From Mobula birostris (Eukaryota), in assembly GCF_030028105.1 (NCBI RefSeq), contig NC_092376.1, positions 103,972,230 to 104,036,229 on the forward strand: a DNA stretch of 64,000 bases, read 5' to 3'. Both the position numbers and the translations under genes were made by a program. Below, piece by piece: positions 47,810 to 60,603 of the stretch. Within the stretch, counting starts at the first letter, position 1. Each line of letters opens with the position of its first letter. The notes beneath the pieces were generated by a model. The model saw only the letters and a program-made list of their open reading frames with translations, ran no database searches and was not told the origin of the DNA.

Positions 47810-48180
47810 GAAACTGCAGATGCTGGTAAAGTTCAGGCAGCACCTGTGGGGAGAAAGACAGTTTGGTTTACATAGTAGAGAAGGTGGGTAAGAATGGGCG
47901 AAACAAAGCAAATTTGACCAATAAAGTGAAATAATGTAGAAGTAGTGGTTAACCTATTTTTTTTATAAGTGTTGCAAATATGTATTCCCAGCAGGTTGGT
48001 GGGGGGGGGAGGATAAGTTGGAAGAAAGGATGCAGGCAACAGTGACCTGTTCTGATACAAAGAGAAGGAAGGAGCAAGTCATCTAAAGTTTAAGAATTTT
48101 GCTGAACTTTTCCCATGTATCTACAAGGGATATAATACTGGATCTTTTTGACACTTCTCTTCCCACCATTCAGGGCCCCA
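47810..48180. mobile_element. Old PLE remnant
   Basis: AAACTGCAGATGCTGG..CAGGCAGCACCTGTGG start with a purine-rich UTR. Confidence 0.45.
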
Positions 48181-48199
48181 AAAAAAAGAACTTTAATTG

Positions 48200-49030
48200 T
48201 AAAGACGGAAAGTCAAGATTATTGTCATATGCGCAGGTGTATATCAGTGAAAAAACTTACTTGCAACAGTATCACAGGCATAAAGCGTCATATAAACAGC
48301 ATTCAGTAAAAACATAAATCATGCACAATGTTTTACAAGAGGAACAGAACAAAAAAAAAGTCCATTTTAGTGCAAAGTGATCAAAATGGTCATAGTGTTG
48401 TTAAGCTGTAGTGTTTATAGCTGTTCTTGAGCATGTTGTTGTGTGACTTCAGGCTTATATACCTCCTGTCTGTGGGTAGCTGTGAGAAGATTGCAGGGTC
48501 CAGATGGTGGATATGTTTGGATGTTTGCAGAGCCTGAACCCACACTCAACAATTCAGTAAAAGCTCTCTTTCTATCATCAGATTTGTATACAGTCCATGA
48601 GCTCATTATTCCTTTTGTCTTTCAATATTTCTTTATTTTTATAATTTATGATAATATGTGTGGCATTGTACTGCTGCTGCAAAACAAATTTCAGTTCATA
48701 TGTCACTGATGGTAAATTTGATTCTGATTCTGCCTTCTCAAGTCAATACCTCCTGTAGATAGTACTGACAGGGAAGATTGTGCCCATGATGTATTGGACT
48801 GAGTCCAGTCAGCTTATGCTCCTGTGCATTTGAATTACTGTACCAGACAACAATGCAACCAGATACTTTCAGACATTTATAAACGTTAGAGAGCTTGGTG
48901 ATGAGCAGAGCCTCCTACAAAAGGTACAGGCACGCCTTCATTGTGATTGCATCTATGTGCTGGGCTCAGAGCAGGTCACTCAATATTTTAATACCCAGGA
49001 ATTTAAAGCTGTTGACTCTCCTCCACCATT
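48200..49030. mobile_element. Nested Rex1 3' remnants in both orientations
   Basis: Minus-strand tail from about 48210, plus-strand tail ending TTTGATTCTGATTCT at about 48731, then minus-strand RT remnants continue. Confidence 0.55.
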
Positions 49031-49212
49031 GCCAAGTTGTGATTTATTTGTAGTACTATCAATTTTGTTTTCAATAAAAAAAAATTACCCCTCTCTTTGA
49101 GAAAATCAAACGTGGATTTGGTGTTTTGCATTGTGGGACACGTACTCAGTTCACAAGCATTGCCCTGAGTTTCCAATCACATCATTTTATCTTTTTTGTT
49201 CTCGCCTATACC

Positions 49213-50400
49213 TAGAAACATGGAAAACCTACAGCACAATACAGGTCCTTTGGCTCACAAAGCTGTGTCAAACAGGTCCTTACTTTAGAAATTACCTAGG
49301 GTTACCCATAGTCCTCTATTTTTCTGAGCTCCATGTACCTGTCCAGGAGTCTCTTAAAAGACCCAATTGTATCCACCTCCACCACCGTCACCGGCAGCCC
49401 ATTCCACGCACTCGCTTCTCTTTGCGTTTTTAAAAAAAAACAGCAACTTACCCCAACATCATCTCTGTACCTACTTCCAAGCACCTGAAAACTGTGCCCT
49501 CTCGTGCTAGCCATTCCAGCCCTGGGAAGAAGCCTCTGGCTATCCACATGATCAATGCCTCTCATCATCTTATACACCTCTATCAGGTCACCACTCATCC
49601 TCCGTTGCTCCAAGGAAAAAAGAGTGAGTTCACTCAAGCTATTCTCATAAGGCATGCTCCCCAATCGAAGCAACATCCTTGTAAATCTCCTCTGCACCCT
49701 TTCTATGGTTTCCTTTCATCCTTCGTATAGTGAGGCGACCAAATCTGAGCATAGTACTCCAAATGAGGTCTGACCAGGATCCTATATAGCTACAATATTA
49801 CCTCTTGGCTCCTAAACTCAATCCCACGATTGATGAAGGCTAATGCACCGTATGGTTTCTTAACCACTGCGCAACAACTTTGAGTGTCCTATGGACTCGG
49901 ATCCTAAGATCCCTCTGATCCTCCAGACTGCCAAGAGTCTTACCATTAATACTATATTCTGCCATCATATTTGACCTACCAAAATGAGCCCCCTCACACT
50001 TACCTGGGTTGAACTCCATTTGCCACTTCTCAGCCCAGTTTTGCATCCTATCAATGTCCCGCTGTAACCTCTGACAGCCCTTCACACTATCCACAACACC
50101 CTCAACCTTTGTGTCATCAGCAAACTTACCAGCCCATCCCCCCACTAATGAAGTGCAACCCAGATAAGTGTGAGGTGGTTCATTCAGGTCATTTATAAAA
50201 ATCACACAGTGTAGGGGTCCCAGATCAGATTCTTGAGGCACACCACTGGTGCATGACCTCCATGCAGAATATGACCCGTCTACAACCACTCTTTGTCTTC
50301 TGTGGGGAAGCCAGTTCTTGATCCACAAAACAATGTCCCCTTGGATCCCATGCCTCCTTACTTTCTTGCATGGGGTATCTTGTCAAATGCCTTGCTGAAA
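49213..50400 (-). mobile_element. CR1 LINE 3' half
   Basis: WIKNWL..SGVPQ..KFADD..WQMEFNPGKC and QRRFTRML..GDLIEVYK..TRGH. Tail TAGAAACATGGAAAAC. Confidence 0.9.
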
Positions 50401-51435
50401 TAGCAGGTCGGGCAGCATAATTGGAAATGAATGATCAATCAATGTGTTGGGCCAAAACCTTCCTTTCAGACTGGCAAAGAAGGGGAAGATGCCAGATGAA
50501 ATAGGTGGTGTGAGAGGAAGAAGGATAGCTCGAAGGTGGCAGGTTGAAGCCAGTTGGGTCTGAAAGGTAAAGAGCTGGAGAAGAGGGAATCTGATGGGAG
50601 AAGAGAGTGGACCATAGGAGAAAGGGAAGGAGGCACCATGGGGAGGTGAATGGCAGGTAAGAAGAGTGGGAAATTGAAGAAGGAGGGATGGGGAGGGAAT
50701 TTTTCTTTACCAGAAGGAGAAATCGATATTCATGCCATCAAGTTGGAGGCTACCGAGATGGAATATATGGTGTTGCTCTTCTGTCCTGAGGATCGTCTTA
50801 TCGTCACTCAAGAGGAGGCCACAACAGACGTGTCGGAACAGTAATGGGAATCAGAATTAAAATCTTCAGCCATCGGAATGTACCAGTTTTGGTGGATGGA
50901 GCAGAGGCGCTTGATGAAGTGGTCTGCCACAGGTCTCACCAATGTTGAAGAGGCTGCATCAGGAGCACCAATACAATAGATGGTAAGGGAGCAGGTGAAT
51001 AGCACTTTGGCTCTTTGCAAGGATAAGTGCCAGAAGGGAGATTAGTGGGGAGAGAGAGAAATGGACCAGAGAATCATGGAGAGAGCGATCCCTGTGGAAA
51101 GTTGGGGGTGGGGATGTTGGGGGAAGGTGTTGCCTTGGAAAGGAAATCCTCAACCTGGGAACAGATGTGGCGGAGGTGAAAGAATTGAGAAAAGAAAATA
51201 GCATATTTATAGGTGACGGTGGGAAGAGGTATTGTCAAAGATAGCTGTGGGAATTGGTAGGTTTAGAAAAGTTGTCTGTTAACAGTTTGCCTCCAGAAAT
51301 GCAGGCAGAAAGATGGGGGGAAAAAGAAGGGAGGTGTCAGAAATGGACCAAATGAATTTAAGTTTAGGGTGTAAGTTGGAGGCAAAGTTGAGGCAAGTTC
51401 AGCATGGGTGGAGGAAACTGCACCAATGCAGTCAT
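50401..51435 (-). mobile_element. Degenerate PLE (RT C-terminus, GIY-YIG, 3'UTR, decayed hammerhead)
   Basis: FHRDRSLHDSLVH, HFIKRLCSI..DFNSDSH, and GAAATCGATATTCATGCCATC as at 61018-61040. Confidence 0.75.
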
Positions 51436-53185
51436 CAACACAGGCTGCGGCAGAAATTGAACCCCAGTCGGTTAAAGATGGCTCTGTAAAGCAATGTTCT
51501 AACTGATAAACTACATTACTCCGCTTATGAAACACATCTGTATTGAATTGATGTGATTGAAGTGAATTTCAAAAGTGAAGTAGATATGAAATGCAACTTT
51601 TTTGCAGTTTTATCCTCTATGGATATTGATTTGTTGAATTTCTATTTCTTCTTTCTCCCCTGCCCCAAGTCAAGGTATCAAATTAGACAGCAAAGTAAAA
51701 GCTCCTGGTTGATGATCTCTGCTGATTTAAATTTGCCCAAGTACCACTGGCCTCTGGTGTTTTATTTTAAAGTAGTAGTAACATCAGGAAACTGGAGCAA
51801 GCATTATGCAAACCGATTGCTGTATGTCACATACCTTGCGTAATTTCCTTTACTGGTGAAGTAAATAATTGAATAACTTCCTCTGCAGTTAAATCGATCA
51901 CACTAGCATGTAATAAATTTTTTATAATTACACTTTTGTTCCAAGTTTTCATTTTGGCCATGGCTGAAGCTGCATTAGAAATTAGTGCTCCAGCTCAACT
52001 GTAGTCAACTACAACAAGGATTTAAAAAAAAAATTCACCTGCCAGTCCCTCTCAAATTTCAACTAATGAGGATTGACTGTACAGGAGGCAGCACTCAGTT
52101 CTATGCCTGAGAGATTGTTTCATTTCCCACCCCACCATGACTCTTTTTGTTGTATGTACACCAATTATTCTTCCCAGTTCCAGTGCTGCAGAATGGTGGA
52201 CTAACTATTAAAATTTCATTCTAGTGAATGTGCTTCCCCCTTATTCCTAATATTTAATGGCATAAGTAATTTACAGGTGTTTGATTTACTGTATTTTTTG
52301 TATATGAAAAAACTAGATTACCAGAATGGCCCCATGATGAGATAAAGTATTGGTAGCTGGCCTTGTACTACCCTGCAGCTTCACCTTATGATTCTTATTC
52401 CCCCCCTCCCACCCCCTGTGTTTTCTTCCACACATGCTTCCCTTCTCTTTCGCTGTCTGCTTTAAAAGTTAATGAACCTGGACAGTGTTGATGCTATTAA
52501 TAATTTAGTGGTGCACTGTTACTTTGCTTCTGTTTTGAAAAGAACTATCCACTTTAGGTGCTCTGTAAAACAAAAGGCTGAAGTATTAGACTTTGTCTTT
52601 TTAGAGCAGTTTGCTGCTCCTGAAAAATAATGTAGTTATTTAATGTATGGAAATAATAGGCCTAAATATTTTAACTTCCATATTTTGTTTAATATACTTC
52701 ATAAAGCCATTTCAGCACTTTAGTAATTTATCATGAACATTATAACTTCTGTCCTTCATGTTTGATGTTGACATTTGATAATTACCAGAGCAAGATCATA
52801 TTAGTGATGTCATCTACTGAGGGTATTTCTTTACTTTATACTTCATTGTCACCAAACAATTGATACTAGAACGTACAATCATCAAAGCGATGTTTGATTC
52901 TGTGCTTTCCACTCCCTGGATTCTTTAATAGCCTGATCAGTGGTTTCTTCAGAGAATCAAATATAGATTATGTGCACTGTACAGGGAAGAAGAAATGCAT
53001 GAATGCTAAAGGCCCAATGGTATATGTGTGTACTTAGGCAAAAGAGCCAGGGTCATTCTTTCATTTTGAGTTGCTGTTTAGGGGGTTTGGAGAAACTGAC
53101 TATCCTGAAGAGGAGGATGTGGGAATCTGCAAAATGTGATTGCTGGAGTTACTCAACTTTTTCATTTGAATTAAGAATACAATAA

Positions 53186-54013
53186 ATGGGAATCAGATCT
53201 GAATATTAATATTGATGAAACAAATTGGTCAAGACTGTCTTGACAGTATGACAAATACAATAAACGTATGACTTAGATTAGTACAATATAATTTTTTATG
53301 CCAATTATATGTTACACTGCAAAAAATAAATAGATTAAATTTAACTTATCTGATCAATGCTTTCAATGTAATCAAGAAATTGGTACTTTCTTACATTCTA
53401 CTTGGTCTTGTTCCAAAATTCAGTCTTTTTGGATAAATTTAAGGGTTTTATTGGAACAAATTACTGGAACTCAACTTCCACATAACCCTATATTATTTCT
53501 ATTAGGTGATATTGAAGGAATAAAACCGAAACTTAAACTGAATAAATATCAGAAAGAATATATAAAAATTGCATTGGCAGTAGCCAAGAAGGCTATAGCA
53601 GTTACTTGGAAATTGGATTCGTATTTAAGTATGGATCGTTGGAATAATGAAATTTCTAGTTGTATTCCACTCGAAAAAAGTACTTATAATTTAAGAGATA
53701 AATATGATACATTTTTGAATATTTGGCACCCATATTTACAAAAGATAGGATGGCATATTTAGTTGCTCCGATGATAAAGATGTTGGTCCCTTGGGGAAAG
53801 TAATAAATATACTAAATTTATGTTGAATTCCATGGAGCATGTGGAAATTTTCCAATATCCAGACAGTTCTTCTTTCTTTTTCTTTTCTTTTTTTTTCTTT
53901 TTTTTCAGGTAGGGGTATATATCGACTGGAAGGGTTAAGGGGAAGGGGGAGGGTAGATATTATCTTTCTATGTAATCTTTTCAAAAACTCAATAAAAAAT
54001 TATATTAAAATAA
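53186..54013 (+). mobile_element. L1-clade LINE 3' end with 13-bp TSD
   Basis: C-terminal CCHC motif CFQCNQEIGTFLHSTWSCSKIQSFW, then AKKAIAVTWK..F..IW.PY, AATAAA and A-rich tail. TSD AAGAATACAATAA (53173-53185 and 54014-54026) at a TT/AAGA site. Confidence 0.88.
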
Positions 54014-54759
54014 AAGAATACAATAATATTGGAGAAGGTGTGAAATCTTCAATTACAAATTACAGTTTGTTCAGATTTGCTGAATGTACAAAATACATAG
54101 TTGTGAATTGTAATGAGTTAGTGGTAGCAAATATATGCTGCTTTATGCTTGGAATATGAATGAAGGCAGACTTTGACCAGCTATTTAACTAGATTTCCCA
54201 ACTGAACTTGAAGTCATTTTTGGTTGATTCCTTTCTCACTTAATGTGTACAAGCTAGTAGGGCTAACTGAGCAGTTGAATATTCAGGAAAGCTCCTGCTT
54301 GATGGTTGTTTAGGTAACAGAAATTTACCCTTACAGAATTCACAAATAGCTACCCAAAACTGATAAATTAAATGAAATTCATAATTTATGTGAAGTGAAA
54401 GAAGAGAAATAAATTTTGTTTCAACTTTTGTTTCCTGACACTTGTACGCTGATGACATGAATTCACATTACAAAAAGTCATTAAATGGATGATTTTCTAG
54501 GAATGTAACCATCCCTTTCTGTAATGTGGGAGTCACCTGTATAATTTCTTGCTACTTGTGTAATGAAGGTTTATTGCAAAATGTAATTTTTACATTTGAC
54601 CAAAGCACACAACTACAGGCAAGTTACAAAATGATTACCAGAGATACAGAAGGCCAGAACTGTGCATATTTGTTGCATTATCTTTGAATTTACTACTGAA
54701 GTTCTAGGTTTTAACAATGGAGAGTTGTTGTAATTTGTCGGCATGCTCCATTGTATCAA

Positions 54760-55530
54760 GGATTCAAAGTACACTTATTGTCAACATATGTATGCAGTGT
54801 ACAATCCTGAGGTACGTCTTCCTACAGATAGCTGTGAAACATAGAAAACCATGGAACCTATTCAAAGAAATTCATCAAACCCCTAACATGCAAAAAAAAA
54901 GAACAAATTTTGAAAACAGCAAAAAAACCCAAAAAACATTGAATGTGAAACAACAAACCACAAAGTCATGGAAAGAATCCAGGCATATTCAGTTCTGTTC
55001 AGTCTAGCACTGTCACCTGTTACGTGAAGGCTGTTGGGCCAATCTGCCCCGATCAAAATCACACAAAATAGCAACAAAAGAATGAGTGACCAGAAACGCA
55101 TCATAATGTGAGCTAGAGGCCAATTCACAAATTGTGTCAATTATAACTTGCCCAAGACCCAGGGCTCCGGCACCATCCTCCGCGAGCATTGGTGGGGGGG
55201 GGGGGTGCGGGGAGACCATTCAAAGGCAGGGACCTTCCTCCGGGAGCAATGAGAGAGAGCGAGAGAGGCTGTCACACGCAGACACCTTCCTCTGGCAGCA
55301 GGAAGGAAGGTACTGCTCAACATTCATTTGCCTTCTGCCTTCACCTTGATTATTTCAATCTTTCTCGATGCTTTAATCAGCGAGATCTGTGAGAAATGAG
55401 GTCAGTCATGGGCTCAGCCTGTTTTCAGGCTTCTTGGCCTTGAGGCCACGCGTTTTGCTCAGAACCTCACCAAACCCCCCTCAGAGACAGCAAAGCTCCA
55501 GATAGCTCAATTGGCCTGAAAACACACCAA
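54760..55530 (-). mobile_element. Third copy of the non-coding element family (5' end missing)
   Basis: Antisense tail GATTCAAAGTACACTTATTGTCAA..TACAATCCTGAG. Reverse complement GGTGTGTTTTCAGGCCAATT..ATCTGGAGCTTTGCTGTCT matches 19424-19470. Confidence 0.6.
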
Positions 55531-57489
55531 TAAGCATTAGTTAATCTCTTTTGCATTAGTTGGATTTAATTCCTTCAATAATTTAGAGGCAAAAAAGTAA
55601 CATTTCTTAAGTGATTTTTTTTGTGTGTGATTTTAAGTGATTATTTACAATTTTCTAGCTAAAGTGGAGAAACTTGAAATGTTGCTGCCAACTAGTTCTA
55701 GTACAATACTTCTACAGAAAATTTTAATTTCTAATGTTCTTAGTGTTGGGTATATGGTTGAAGGCTATTTTGTGTTGCCAATATCCATATTTTTAATATC
55801 GGATTTGTGATTTAAGTGAACAGAATAGATTGTGATCTCTGGGCACTACAATGAAACTAGGGCTGGACAGTTGATGGGGAAAAGCGGAACATGAGAGGGG
55901 GTGGAGGAGGGAAAGTGATTTTATAGCTATTCAGACAATTGTATATATGCTGATGGTCATGTAAAATGTTATACCAACATCTTTGTTACTTATTTAATCT
56001 AGTGCTGTATCTTCCATTGTTCTTAATGTTCAAAATGCTTATGCTGCAGTTAAATTTGTTTTTTTTTAAACTGTGTAATGCTACTTTCAAATCCTGAGCA
56101 CATTGCTGAAGTGCAACTATGAAAATGTAATTCTTTAATGTACTTTATCAAAGTAGAAAATGTTAAATATTGGATTCAATTTGATGCATCTGAACAGACA
56201 AGTGTTGTTGCCATTGTGGAATTTCTCTCCCCTCAGGCAAAATGACTACCTAACTCAAACTCCTAGGTGATTCACAGATTTGCTGGTGCCAACTTTTTTT
56301 TCCTGTGGTAATGAAACCTGCTCCAGTGGTTCAGTGATTCTGCTGTAATTACATGGCTGACAGTAACGTGGGAAAGTGTTGTTATGTTTTCATTTAGTTA
56401 TTCTCTCCAGTGAAGATGCCAATACTATTTCCATGATGTTCACTATTGTGCATGCTGTTCATTTTGCTGGTTCATTTGCCATCCCACAGTGAAAATTGAA
56501 TACCTCCCATACCAAGTGGGATATTAGATGTTGCAGCCATTGTGAAAAAGATTATATCTCATTTATCAAAAAAACCCTGACCTACTTGTATGATGAAAAC
56601 AGATGTAGCCCTCGTCAGTCGAAATCTATTAATTTCTGTATTCATGAGCGGTTTTCCTGTTGTAAAAGTGTAAACTTGATCCAAAACAGCTTGTGCAGAA
56701 ATATTTTATTAAATTAAAAAAAATTATATTTCAATGGCTTTTACCGGTGATTTGATTTGCTATGCCCAATACAGAACAAGAACTCCAAGGATGGGAAGTG
56801 GGGAAGAATGATAGGACACCTGAGATCAACTGACTGATAAGAGAAGATAATTTATTGTCATTCTTGTTTTTCTTTAGTGAATGGAATATGTAGGTGAAGA
56901 AAAGATTAAAGGGAAAAAAGAAGCATTTTCCATCATCCATTGCCCTTTTTTTAAAAACCTTAAATAGCTTGCAATTTGTGTGAGAAATAGTTAAGTTGAG
57001 AGGGTTTGGTGCATCTGTTATAACATGATTTTGACATTTACTCACACAACTGTAAAGTTAGGATCAATAATTTAATCATGTTTGTTCAGTTGCTATGGAT
57101 AAACTCTTGACAGAGGAAATAGTAATCAATGGATTGATACATTGCTGAGCATGTCAGTAAATCAACACATTAATTTAATTTGAGTAGATTATCGCAAGCA
57201 GGATGTATATTTATTTAAACCAAGTCCTATATTGACTTTCAGTACCCATACCCTTACTCACATTCCAGATCTTTCATGTAATTCATGGAGTTCCATGCTA
57301 CCTCTGTTTTCTGTGCTTTTGATTTGTCTCATGTTAGGTAGCTGTAATATTAACCCATACAAGAAAATCCCTCTAGGCTTTTCTATCTCATACATTGTAA
57401 TTGCCAATTTCCTTCACTCTTTCCCCCTCCCCAACCCTAGAAGTAGAGCACAATCGAAGCTGAATAGTTACCATTGCTTACTGTTGGTC

Positions 57490-58420
57490 CAATAGATAAA
57501 CTCTCTTAATCTGAGGATGTAGAGAATGTACAGGGCTAGAGGATGTATGAAATTTTTACAGGGCTACATGGTTCAATGTGGTATCAGGGACCAGGCCACC
57601 GTCAGAATAGGTCTTATTCAGATCTAAGATGAAAAGAAATTTCTTAAGGGGAGGTGAATTTTAAAAATTCTCTGTTCAAAGTCACTTAAAGTTTGGGTGA
57701 TGAGAATATTTAAAACTGACATCAGTAGTTGTTTAGGTAAAAAGAAAATTTATGGATATAGTTTATTGTAGGAGAATTTCACTAAAGTAAAATGTTGGCC
57801 ATTTTGTTATTGAATAGCTAAACAGGCTTGAAGGATGGAATGACCACCACCTTGTATGCTCTTTAGGTTGGGCTAAGTGATAATGAGACATTGTAAAAGT
57901 AAAAAAAAACTTGAGAAACCACACCTGGAGTATTGAATATGGTTGTGGCCTACTGCCAAGCAAAGGACACACTTGCCTCAGAGGGAATATCACAAAGATT
58001 TTGTAGACTGCTTTTGGGAAAGTGGAGGAAAAAAATCTTTTCAATTAAGCCTTTATTCCCTAGATTTTAGAATGAAAATTAATTTAATGAAATATACCAA
58101 ATTCATAAATGACTTGACACTGTGGATGATGCTTTATCCTGTTTGTACAATTTAAAGCAAGAGCAACTGGTTTTATTCTCAGAATGAAGGTTTGACTAAT
58201 TTAGCCAAAGAAAGGAGAAATTTTTATAACTTATGTACCTTTGGGATTGCGAGTACTTAGTTTTTGACGAAATTCAGCATTAGAGATCATAGAATTTTGA
58301 CTACTGAGAAAATCAATGCAATTGGGGAAAAGTGCAGGAAGGTGGAGTTAAGGTAAAAGGTCAAAAAAGACCTTAAAATAATATTGGATTAGGTTCAAAA
58401 GGACCAGCTTGCCTACTCAT
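57490..58420 (+). mobile_element. Two ancient CR1 3' remnants
   Basis: CCACACCTGGAGTATTG motif and decayed GAAGG..CCTACTC-type tails. Confidence 0.5.
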
Positions 58421-58444
58421 ACAAATCTTTACTGTGTTCTTAGA

Positions 58445-59250
58445 AAATGCCCAAAAAGAGCTTGATAGGCCAGACAGCATCTTTTGAAGGAGAACTAATT
58501 AATATATCCACTTGAAGCCCCTTTATCAGAACTGGGAAAGAGAGAAAACAAGTTATTTATAACTTGCTGAGAGAGTTGGTTATAGAGCATATAAGGAGAG
58601 ACAAAGGTTGCTATGAGGGGAAGTTGATTGTTATAATGGGAGTAGGTAGAGAAAGTTCAAAGGAACGTGAAAGCTGGGAAATGCAGAGCTGCAAGAAATG
58701 TCCAGTGTTTGACCAAATTAGCACAGAGAGAAAAAATAGCTCATATTATAGGTAGGTAGTCTAGACAGATTCTGATGGTTACAGTACGCCTAGACAGATG
58801 ATTTAAGTACTATTTATCAAGCTTACCTTGGGTCTCCTTATATATTAAAAAAACAAATGTAATGCTGTTGTTTCAGAACCTGCTATTTCTGCTGTAGGTC
58901 ATCCATCTATAATATTAGCTCAGTTTTTTTTTCTGTCCTCTTGTAGCCTCATCTACAAGACATTTCTTATGGTTCTGACTTCTGCAGATTTTACTTTCGT
59001 TAGTGTCTTTTGTTTTTTTCTGTGCCCTTATTTTTTGGCCCTCTACCTTGTTCCACAGAAATCCTGGTCTTGCCCTCTCAGAGAGATTTCCTTTATTCTA
59101 TCCAATCCTCTTTGCAACTGGGAACTAACTTGTTTTCTTTCCTCCATGGTGATGTTAGGTCTTTGGCCACATACATTACCCTTTTCTCTTTCCATGGACC
59201 TGCATGCTTACATGATTTTTGTTTTTAATTTCAAATTTCCAGAGTTTGTG
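58445..59250. mobile_element. Ancient PLE remnants with inverted parts
   Basis: AGGCCAGACAGCATCT..CCCTTTATCAGAACTGGGAAAG, then oppositely oriented TTCTGCAGATTTT and AAATTTCCAG tails. Confidence 0.45.
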
Positions 59251-60014
59251 TGATTTTGATTTTTATCATTGGCATTTCAGTGTTATGACCAGAACATTAA
59301 TTGAAGAAGAAATCAAATAGAAAATCTTGTTGCTTGGACATTTCTATTTAATTTCCAATGTACGCTCAAGGCACACTTTAAAACAGAAGGTTTTTTTTTG
59401 TGTTGAATGTATTCCTTTGAATCAAGAATTAAGTCATCATGTAGCATATTGGGATGTGACAATCCCATTGAAATTATTATTGGTTGTCTTTTATCCATTC
59501 CATAGTGAGCATAAAAGCTTATTCAGTATTTAGTAAACCATGACACTGGAAATGCTACAGGATGAAAAAATACTGATGAGCAAAGTAACTGGAGTGTATT
59601 GATAAGGTAAAGTTAAAAGGATCCTTTGCTGTGCAATAATAGCTGAGATTAAGATTTGAGCTCATGTTGACTTTAAACAGTCATCAAATTTTGAACATTT
59701 TACAATCATGGTTACCTGTTCTGTAGCAAAGACCTTGAGAATTATTGAGACAAATACCTACTTTTTTAAAAAAACTAGTAGCCAGATATTTCTGACTAAT
59801 GCTTTGCAGAATATATTGGCTAAGGATACAATGGACCAGTCGCAAAAGGTGTTTGTTGATTGAAACAATTTAGTTCAATTCATTCATTCATTTAACAATT
59901 CTCTGTTTTGGGGAACTTGTGCTATAAGTATCCTAGAAGAAGGGTGATTCAAACTATGGTGCACTTTTATATTTAAAAAAAACTTGGCAAAAATGTATAG
60001 GCATAAATCAAATG

Positions 60015-60324
60015 TTGGGGGCCAGCTGGTGGCGCAATGACATCAGTGCCGGACTCCACAACAGAGATTCCCGGGTTCAAACCCAGTCGGGTCCACTCCT
60101 GAGTACGCTTTCCATCTGTGCCAGGTTGAGTGTCGAGATCACAACTCGACCTCGTAAACTAAAGGGAAGAATGCTGCGAAATGTCTGTGTGGGGGGTGGT
60201 GCGCCACACATTCTCTCTCTCTCTCGCCCCGTGCCTTGTAAAGGCATGAAAAAGACATCGTCCCACCAGCATCGCACGCGCACGAACGCATGCATGCAGA
60301 CGCGCACGCACATGCCAAAAAAAA
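60015..60324 (+). mobile_element. tRNA-derived SINE with oligo-A end and TSD
   Basis: A box TGGCGCAATG (60030), B box GGTTCAAACCC (60074-60084), A8 tail. TSD AAATCAAATG (60005-60014 and 60322-60331). Confidence 0.8.
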
Positions 60325-60603
60325 TCAAATGCTGGATTACAAAAACTTTGAGGATGCTTCGGATTTTTTAAAGAATAAATCTATAGTGTAAATGTTAATG
60401 TTTAAAAATAATTTGAGTTGTGCTTTTGACTCATTCTGTCTTATGTCTGTGATGTGTAATCCTGATCACTGTGCTCTACATTTAAGAAACTGATCCTTGC
60501 TATTGACGTCAAGAATTAAAAATGTTAAACGCAGTTGAGCTAGTATGAACTGATCATACTGGATCATATCTTTTGTTGGGTCCATATAATGGCAATAGTT
60601 GTT

